From positions 491 to 64,490 of the IMG/VR virus record IMGVR_UViG_3300021962_005968: a stretch of DNA of 64,000 bases; one strand, given 5' to 3'. Shown here piece by piece: positions 58,569 through 64,000 of this stretch. Each line of letters opens with the position of its first letter. The stretch's first letter is position 1. The position numbers and the translations under genes were made by a program. Source of the DNA: a virus. Lineage: Duplodnaviria; Caudoviricetes. Below the pieces are notes generated by a model, which saw only the letters and a list, made by a program, of their open reading frames with translations, ran no database searches and had not been told where the DNA came from.

Positions 58569-59937
58569 TGATGATGAGTATATGAGAAAAGTAATCCCGT
58601 TCTTAAAACGGGAGTATTTTATTGACAACAATGAAAAGATAATTTACGATAGAATTAAAGATTTTATTGATCTATATAATGCAGTACCAAACAAAGATGC
58701 TTTGGTTATTGCTGTTCAAAATGATAAAAATCTAACAGAAGATCAGTATAAAGAGATCGTAGATACAGTTAATTTACTTGATCCAACTGAACATAACCGG
58801 GATTGGTTATATAAAGAAACAGAGAAGTTCTGTAAAGACAAAGCAATTTATAATGCAATCCTCTCATCCATTGCTATTATTGATGGTAGAGACAAAGGAA
58901 AGTCTGAAGATGGAATCCCTTCATTATTACAAGAAGCACTAGGAGTGTGTTTTGACAACAATGTTGGACATGATTATTTACAAAGTGCTGAATCTCGATA
59001 TGAATTTTATCATCGTGTAGAATCAAGAACACCATTTGATCTTGAGTATTTTAACAAAATTACTAACGGCGGTTTGCCTAACAAGACATTGAATGTTGTT
59101 CTTGCAGGTACGGGCGTTGGTAAATCGTTGTTTATGTGTCACGTGGCAGCATCTACTTTATCTCAAGGTAAGAATGTTTTGTATATTACTCTTGAGATGG
59201 CGGAAGAAAGAATTGCAGAACGTATTGATGCAAACTTGATGAACATTACTATGGATCAATTAAAAGATTTACCGAAGTCTATGTTTGAATCTCGTATTGA
59301 AAAGATTCGTAACAAGACTGAAGGCAATCTAATTATTAAAGAATATCCTACAGCTGGTGCGCACGTTGGCCACTTTAAAGCATTGTTAAATGAATTGCAA
59401 TTGAAAAAACAATTTAAACCAGCAATGATTATTATTGATTATTTAAATATTTGTGCAAGCTCAAGATTCAAAGCAGGGTCTAATATTAATTCTTATACTT
59501 TGATTAAGTCTATTGCTGAAGAACTTCGTGGGTTGGCGGTTGAAGAGAATGTGCCTATTTTATCCGCTACACAGACAACTCGAGGTGGTTATGGTAACAC
59601 AGACGTTGAACTTACAGATACATCTGAATCTTTTGGTTTGCCTGCAACAGTTGACTTTATGTTTGCTTTGATTTCGACTGAAGAACTTGAGCAATTGAAT
59701 CAGCTTATGGTTAAGCAATTGAAGAATAGATATAATGATCCAACAGCGAATAAACGATTTATGATTGGCGTGGATAGAGCTAAGATGAAGCTATATGATT
59801 TAGAACAATCTGCTCAAAAGGGTCTTAGCGATGCTAATTTGGATATTGATAGGGTTGACAGGCAACCTAAAAGCACTTATAATATGAATGATATTATAAG
59901 TAAAGGCAAACGAGACTTCTCGTCAATTAAGGTCTAA
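58525..59937 (+). CDS. gp41: gp41 DnaB-like replicative helicase
   Basis: Motifs AGTGVGKSLFMC, YITLEMAEE, IDYLNI, ATQTTR and SESFGLPATVD. Confidence 0.97.
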   Translation: MNSKIEKVILQNLINDDEYMRKVIPFLKREYFIDNNEKIIYDRIKDFIDLYNAVPNKDALVIAVQNDKNLTEDQYKEIVDTVNLLDPTEHNRDWLYKETEKFCKDKAIYNAILSSIAIIDGRDKGKSEDGIPSLLQEALGVCFDNNVGHDYLQSAESRYEFYHRVESRTPFDLEYFNKITNGGLPNKTLNVVLAGTGVGKSLFMCHVAASTLSQGKNVLYITLEMAEERIAERIDANLMNITMDQLKDLPKSMFESRIEKIRNKTEGNLIIKEYPTAGAHVGHFKALLNELQLKKQFKPAMIIIDYLNICASSRFKAGSNINSYTLIKSIAEELRGLAVEENVPILSATQTTRGGYGNTDVELTDTSESFGLPATVDFMFALISTEELEQLNQLMVKQLKNRYNDPTANKRFMIGVDRAKMKLYDLEQSAQKGLSDANLDIDRVDRQPKSTYNMNDIISKGKRDFSSIKV

Positions 59938-59938
59938 A

Positions 59939-60751
59939 ATGAAAACATATTGGTCAAACACAAAAATTGCAGATTGGATTAGAGGCACAGCAAAGCCTAC
60001 ATCCGCAACTAGTGGCGGGTGGCATACATGGGAGAAAAATGCAAAAGAAACTCATCCAATTCGTTATTGGATTGTAGAAGAAGCCTTTGATAAAATTCAA
60101 ACCTTTATTCGTTTACCAATAGATACATTATACAATGCAAAATATTACGTTAACAATCGTTGGGTTACTCGCACTCATAGCCTCACTGCTCATCCCCGTG
60201 ACATCAAGCCTGGCAATTGGTGCGATGTCGGTAATCGTTTTTTGCCTTGTCTCTTTAACGAGTTAGTTGATTTTGTTGAAGTAGAAACAGCTTGGTTACA
60301 CATTGCATGGGATGACGATGCAACTAAGAAATATAATCCTCCATTCTATGCTAAAGGTTGGTTCCGTTGGAGAACATGGCGAAGTGCTCAAGCAGGTCTA
60401 GAGCATCTTGATTGGGCAGCAACACTTACGCATGAGGATGAAAATGGCAAAGTGGAGGATACAAGTCAAGCATCTTCTGCAAAAGAAATTAAAGAGCTTT
60501 ATTTGTGGTGGACTACCGTATATCGCAATAGACCAGATGCACATGAAGCAAGCGGATGGTCTGCATACTGTGAAAAACGCCGACTAAAATCTGGAGGTGA
60601 TTTTTGGGGGCATGAGAATGAGACAGAAGAAGAACGAAAAGAATGTATGGATGCTTTAGATCTATCTCATAAAATTGAAGCAGAGTATATGGCAGAGGAT
60701 GAAGCAATGTTGATTCGCCTCATTAAAATTAGACAATCGCTTTGGACTTAA
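59939..60751 (+). CDS. Conserved phage hypothetical protein (Trp-rich)
   Basis: 270-aa ORF contiguous with gp41. Confidence 0.7.
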   Translation: MKTYWSNTKIADWIRGTAKPTSATSGGWHTWEKNAKETHPIRYWIVEEAFDKIQTFIRLPIDTLYNAKYYVNNRWVTRTHSLTAHPRDIKPGNWCDVGNRFLPCLFNELVDFVEVETAWLHIAWDDDATKKYNPPFYAKGWFRWRTWRSAQAGLEHLDWAATLTHEDENGKVEDTSQASSAKEIKELYLWWTTVYRNRPDAHEASGWSAYCEKRRLKSGGDFWGHENETEEERKECMDALDLSHKIEAEYMAEDEAMLIRLIKIRQSLWT

Positions 60752-60765
60752 GGAAATATATTAGG

Positions 60766-60773
60766 TATAAATA
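60766..60773 (+). promoter_or_regulatory. T4-type late promoter
   Basis: TATAAATA before a GGAGG RBS. Confidence 0.7.
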
Positions 60774-60792
60774 AAATTAGAGGAGGACAAAA

Positions 60793-61296
60793 ATGATTGT
60801 TTCCGTAAGAAATGCAAGAGATAGAACGCTAGTATATTTGTTAAAATTAGCAGCCGAATCATTTGCCAAGAATTTAATGTCCCCTCAATTGTCTAAAAAC
60901 ATATCTATTAAAATTATTGTACGTGATAAGCTAGATGCCGGAGGCTTTTGTGATTACGAAATTGATCGAGATGGCAATCCAAGAGAATTTAATATTGAAC
61001 TATTAAGAACACGAAAAAAGATTAATATGTTCAAAGTGCTCGCACATGAAATGGTTCATGTGAAACAGCATGCCAAAGGCGAAGCTAAAGATAAGTTTAA
61101 AAAAGATAAGTATATTACATTATGGTTTGGCGAGAAGTATGATGATGATACTTCTTACTGGGATCAACCCTGGGAAATAGAAGCCTATGGTTTGGAAAAC
61201 AGTCTTGTTGCAAAATTCCTAGTGGAACATGACCAGTTCAAAAATCTAAGACAGAAACACGCAGATTGGTTCGCAGAGGAGTTGACAAAAGAATAA
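60793..61296 (+). CDS. Zincin-like metallopeptidase domain protein
   Basis: LAHEMVHVKQ...PWEIEAY. Confidence 0.8.
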   Translation: MIVSVRNARDRTLVYLLKLAAESFAKNLMSPQLSKNISIKIIVRDKLDAGGFCDYEIDRDGNPREFNIELLRTRKKINMFKVLAHEMVHVKQHAKGEAKDKFKKDKYITLWFGEKYDDDTSYWDQPWEIEAYGLENSLVAKFLVEHDQFKNLRQKHADWFAEELTKE

Positions 61297-61314
61297 TTAC
61301 AAAAGGAGCGATAC

Positions 61315-61470
61315 ATGGAAAATATTACATTCACTCTATATGATTTAATACAAATAGGATTAATGTTAGCAGCTTGCTTTGCATGCTACAAATGGGGACA
61401 CAATAAAGGCGTAGATGACGCAATCGACTTTTTTGAAGCAGAAGGAATTATCGAAAAGGAAAATGCTTAA
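61315..61470 (+). CDS. Small membrane protein (51 aa, not in ORF track)
   Basis: AAGGAG RBS. MENITFTLYDLIQIGLMLAACFACYKWG... Confidence 0.65.
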   Translation: MENITFTLYDLIQIGLMLAACFACYKWGHNKGVDDAIDFFEAEGIIEKENA

Positions 61471-61510
61471 TTTTTAAGCAAATTTAATCCGTTGTACTAG
61501 AACAACACTT

Positions 61511-61542
61511 AGAACCCGAGCATTTGACTCGGGTTCTTTTTT
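61511..61542 (+). terminator. Rho-independent terminator
   Basis: AGAACCCGAG-CATTTGA-CTCGGGTTCT followed by a T-run. Confidence 0.85.
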
Positions 61543-61552
61543 CTGTTATAAT
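61524..61552 (+). promoter_or_regulatory. Sigma70-like promoter overlapping the terminator
   Basis: TTGACT-17 nt-(TGT)TATAAT. ATG lies 6 nt downstream, so the mRNA may be leaderless. Confidence 0.7.
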
Positions 61553-61558
61553 AAGCAC

Positions 61559-61942
61559 ATGATAAAGAACTTTTCAATCGGTGCAGAAGTCGAGATTCAA
61601 ACTCGATGGAAGTCGAATATATTAGGTGAAGAATATCAGTATAATATATTCAAGGGCAAAGTCGTTAATAATCCTAAATGGTTAGATAATGATTATGTCT
61701 CTGTATATACAGGTAATCCAGAATATCCTACATCTCATATTAATAAGCGATTTATCGTTGGATTTGATTTTCCGGATAATCGAGTAGAAACTCGGATATT
61801 CAAAGTTAAATCTAAATCGAAAGGGCATATCTATAATGTCGTTTCGGATAATGGTATTGTTTCCTGCAGTTGTGTAGGATTTCAATTCCGCAGGACTTGC
61901 AAGCATGCAAATAAAGTTAAAGAATTTATCCAAAATGCTTGA
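61559..61942 (+). CDS. SWIM zinc-finger protein
   Basis: YNV...CSCVGFQFRRTCKH (CxC-x-CxH). Confidence 0.75.
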   Translation: MIKNFSIGAEVEIQTRWKSNILGEEYQYNIFKGKVVNNPKWLDNDYVSVYTGNPEYPTSHINKRFIVGFDFPDNRVETRIFKVKSKSKGHIYNVVSDNGIVSCSCVGFQFRRTCKHANKVKEFIQNA

Positions 61943-61967
61943 CAAGGTAGTCGAAAGGCTATATAAT
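61939..61967 (+). promoter_or_regulatory. Sigma70-like early promoter
   Basis: (GC)TTGACA-17 nt-TATAAT. Confidence 0.8.
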
Positions 61968-62015
61968 ATGAATTGTGAAGTTGTTAATTTTTACATTTTT
62001 TGAAGGATCTTTATT

Positions 62016-62429
62016 ATGAGTACATTCACAGTAGTCGGCGTTTCCACACAGTATGGCGTCACAAAAGTTCGTTTTGCTAATGACTTGGCATCACGCGTTA
62101 AACTCTTGTCTAAGGGTGGTCACTCACCTCTTGAGTTAATTGAGTTGCCTAAGGCAATGACCAAAGCAGAAGCATGCCAACATCTTCTTGATGTAGGCGG
62201 TATCTTCAAACAATGGGCACCTCTCATTACTGAGACAATGGGAAAGAAACAAGGTACAGTTATTAGCAAGCCAGTCAAGGTAAAAGCTAAAGCAGCACCA
62301 GTAAAGACAAAGGCAGTTGCTCCTAAGAAAGTAGCAGCACCTAAAGTAGTCAAGGCAAAGGTTGTTGATGATGACCTCGAACTTGAAGAATTGAAGCAAT
62401 TGGCTGAGTTGGAAGACGCGCCAATGTAA
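62016..62429 (+). CDS. Hypothetical protein with K/A/P-rich basic region and acidic tail
   Basis: KVRFAND...IELPKAMTKAEA, then KAKAAPVKTKAVAPKKVAAPK. Confidence 0.7.
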   Translation: MSTFTVVGVSTQYGVTKVRFANDLASRVKLLSKGGHSPLELIELPKAMTKAEACQHLLDVGGIFKQWAPLITETMGKKQGTVISKPVKVKAKAAPVKTKAVAPKKVAAPKVVKAKVVDDDLELEELKQLAELEDAPM

Positions 62430-62464
62430 TTTTAACAAAGCACCACTAGTTTGGTGCCGAGATG

Positions 62465-62472
62465 TATAAATA
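62465..62472 (+). promoter_or_regulatory. T4-type late promoter upstream of the tRNA array leader
   Basis: TATAAATA. The predicted +1 (about 62478) coincides with the ATG. Confidence 0.75.
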
Positions 62473-62477
62473 TTTTT

Positions 62478-62585
62478 ATGGGAAATAATTTTAACCTTTT
62501 CTGTCAGCATCAAGAACCGACTTCTTATATTAGAATGTCAGAGCGCTTTGCAGACAAAAATTCATGGAGTGTGCTCCAGGGTTAA
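62478..62585 (+). CDS. Putative leaderless leader peptide (35 aa, all 20 amino acids)
   Basis: MGNNFNLFCQHQEPTSYIRMSERFADKNSWSVLQG*. The 3' end is complementary to the terminator left arm. Confidence 0.55.
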   Translation: MGNNFNLFCQHQEPTSYIRMSERFADKNSWSVLQG

Positions 62586-62614
62586 AATTTAAATTTTTCA
62601 TACAAGTTTATCTT

Positions 62615-62654
62615 AGAACCCTCGGCACTCCAACAGTCCGAGGGTTTTCCTTTT
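62615..62654 (+). terminator. Terminator hairpin (candidate attenuator)
   Basis: AGAACCCTCGG...CCGAGGGTTTT followed by CCTTTT. Confidence 0.75.
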
Positions 62655-62679
62655 GTGGCATGCTTTAATACCCCTTTGC

Positions 62680-62708
62680 TTGACAAGGGTATTAAAAGAT
62701 GTTATAAT
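62680..62708 (+). promoter_or_regulatory. Sigma70-like promoter for the tRNA array
   Basis: (GC)TTGACA-17 nt-(TGT)TATAAT. The -35 is flanked by the inverted repeat TTTAATACCC/GGGTATTAAA. Confidence 0.8.
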
Positions 62709-62766
62709 ATAGTTTAAATAGATCGTTATTTAAGCTAAGTTCTTTAATAAATTAGCATACCATTGT

Positions 62767-62840
62767 ATCCGGTTAGCTCAATAGTAGAGCACTCGACTGA
62801 TAATCGAAAGACAGAGGAGCGTTACCTCTACTGGATACCA
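62767..62840 (+). tRNA. tRNA-Ile (GAT), atypical T-loop
   Basis: Acceptor ATCCGGT/ACTGGAT, anticodon loop CTGATAA, T-loop AGCGTTA and CCA. Confidence 0.8.
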
Positions 62841-62843
62841 ATT

Positions 62844-62919
62844 GTCCCGTTCGTCTAGAGGCCTAGGACATTACCCTTTCACGGTAAGTACACCAGTTCG
62901 AATCTGGTACGGGACGCCA
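62844..62919 (+). tRNA. tRNA-Glu (TTC)
   Basis: Canonical cloverleaf with loop CTTTCAC, TTCGAAT and CCA. Confidence 0.95.
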
Positions 62920-63038
62920 TTAATTTGTGATCTGCAGGCTCAGAGGCACAGATCATGCGTTATGTAAGCATAACAATAAACAGTAATCGATCGTAAAGCT
63001 GTTGAGTTAGCTAGATAGTGCAGATCACAAATTAATGG
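62917..63038 (+). ncRNA. Inter-tRNA element closed by a 20-bp perfect inverted repeat
   Basis: CCATTAATTTGTGATCTGCA ... TGCAGATCACAAATTAATGG. Confidence 0.6.
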
Positions 63039-63042
63039 TTAC

Positions 63043-63120
63043 GCCTGGGTGGCAGAGTGGTCAAATGCAACGGATTGCAAATCCGTAAGATCGTCAGTTC
63101 GAATCTGACCCCAGGTTCCA
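63043..63120 (+). tRNA. tRNA-Cys (GCA)
   Basis: Anticodon arm ACGGA-TTGCAAA-TCCGT, TTCGAAT, U73 and CCA. Confidence 0.93.
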
Positions 63121-63130
63121 AAAATAATGC

Positions 63131-63159
63131 TTGACACAAGTGTGTTAAGGTGTTATAAT
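63131..63159 (+). promoter_or_regulatory. Sigma70-like promoter within the tRNA array
   Basis: (GC)TTGACA-17 nt-(TGT)TATAAT. Confidence 0.8.
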
Positions 63160-63171
63160 AAGACATATTAA

Positions 63172-63372
63172 AAGAATCCCGTTACTATTTTCGTTAAAAT
63201 AGCGTTTGATTAGCGATAGAGATCCGGTGGCAGAAAACCGTTAGCGTGAGGATTAAAAATACCCTCGCAGGCTCTGATAGGCAGAATCTCACTGCACACA
63301 GACTTTGAATAAATGAGATGGACAGAGTAACCGCTCAATTAAGGGCTCGCCTGGAAACGAGTAGCTTATCTA
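63172..63372 (+). ncRNA. Putative ~200 nt structured RNA
   Basis: Has its own promoter. Hairpins CTATTTT/AAAATAG, CGGT/ACCG, ATCTCA/TGAGAT and CTCG/CGAG. No tRNA fold. Confidence 0.5.
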
Positions 63373-63378
63373 TATTTT

Positions 63379-63454
63379 GGTCTGTTAGTGTTAGCGGTAA
63401 GCACGCGAGCCTGTCACGCTTGTAGGAGGGATTCGAATTCCCTACAGACCGCCA
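63379..63454 (+). tRNA. tRNA-Asp (GTC)
   Basis: Acceptor GGTCTGT/ACAGACC, loop CTGTCAC, TTCGAAT and G73-CCA. Confidence 0.93.
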
Positions 63455-63530
63455 AGTTATGGTCTTAGTCTATAAATGCATAAAGAAAGTCTAAGTTAAA
63501 TGGCAACCCAAAGTGGGACCAACCATTTTA

Positions 63531-63756
63531 GAACCCGCCGGAGTAACGTCTGGCTACTGTGACCCGCAGAAAGTGAAGTAAGTTCGTAACTTACGGGTGG
63601 TAGTCTTTAAACCTAAAGGCCGTTGGCAGCACGAGAGCGGTCCTTGTCGAGAAGCGGGTGGAAGGTGTGTGCTACAAGGCGTTGAACCAAACGGGGAGCC
63701 AAAGTAACAACGGTGCAAGCCAACATACTAAATTACCGCCGGAGGATGCAGAGCAT
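63531..63756 (+). ncRNA. Putative ~225 nt structured RNA
   Basis: GC-rich, with stems GCCGGA/TCTGGC, GTAAGT/ACTTAC, CGTTG/CAACG and GGTGTGT/ACATACT. Confidence 0.5.
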
Positions 63757-63758
63757 TT

Positions 63759-63835
63759 GCCTAGGTGACGGAATTGGTATACGTGTTGGTCTTAGAAGCC
63801 AAATTTTGAGAGTTCGAGTCTCTCCTTAGGCACCA
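63759..63835 (+). tRNA. tRNA-Leu (TAG) with short variable loop
   Basis: Anticodon arm TTGGT-CTTAGAA-GCCAA, TTCGAGT and A73-CCA. 77 nt. Confidence 0.9.
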
Positions 63836-63929
63836 TATTGAAACATTCTAAACTGGACGCAGGTTCTGAGAAGTAAGACCTTGGATTGATCCTCAAGAAG
63901 GTATGGAGAACAAGAGTGTTTCAATATGG
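63833..63929 (+). ncRNA. Inter-tRNA element closed by a 17-bp inverted repeat
   Basis: CCATATTGAAACATTCT ... AGAGTGTTTCAATATGG (one G-U pair). Confidence 0.55.
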
Positions 63930-64000
63930 GGGTGTAGCTCAGTTGGGAGAGCGGTTGCTTTGCAAGCAATAGGTCGCAGGTTCGATCCCTGTCTCCTCCA
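63928..64000 (+). tRNA. tRNA-Ala (TGC), CCA would lie beyond the window edge
   Basis: GGGGGTG..TAGCTCAG, loop TTTGCAA, G3:U70 pair and TTCGATC. Confidence 0.93.

Noticed and set aside
54208-59937. Introns, inteins or homing endonucleases in gp43, uvsX or gp41
   Set aside because: All are uninterrupted and of expected length, with no intein or LAGLIDADG/HNH/GIY-YIG motifs seen.
63759-63835. tRNA with TAG in the anticodon loop read as an amber suppressor or a sign of recoding
   Set aside because: Anticodon UAG reads CUA (Leu), whereas an amber suppressor would have anticodon CUA. Core genes are full length under the standard code.

Overview
This is a 64 kb segment of a large, AT-rich T4-like (myovirus) phage genome. 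Host-like small genes (phasin-like, DUF3563-like) weakly suggest an aquatic betaproteobacterial host, which is an inference. Core T4 genes are present: gp22, gp23, gp3, uvsY, uvsW, gp55, gp47/46, gp45/44/62, regA, gp43, uvsX and gp41. Four accessory blocks are interspersed. (i) A 7-deazaguanine DNA-modification cluster (queE, folE, TGT/DpdA-like, two T-fold proteins) interleaved with glycosyltransferases and galE. (ii) A ~17.6 kb nucleotide-sugar/glycosyltransferase island behind a late promoter, with 3,6-dideoxy and branched or possibly carbocyclic sugar enzymes. (iii) A minus-strand secreted/membrane protein module with a lipase, converging on a PBP-type peptidase. (iv) The start of a tRNA array containing several unexplained structured RNAs. 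The most striking observation lies directly upstream of that array. A late promoter precedes an apparently leaderless 35-codon ORF that uses all 20 amino acids, and the ORF's 3' end can base-pair with the left arm of the following terminator. This is a candidate translation-sensing attenuator controlling tRNA supply. All calls come from motif and synteny recognition by eye; no searches were run.
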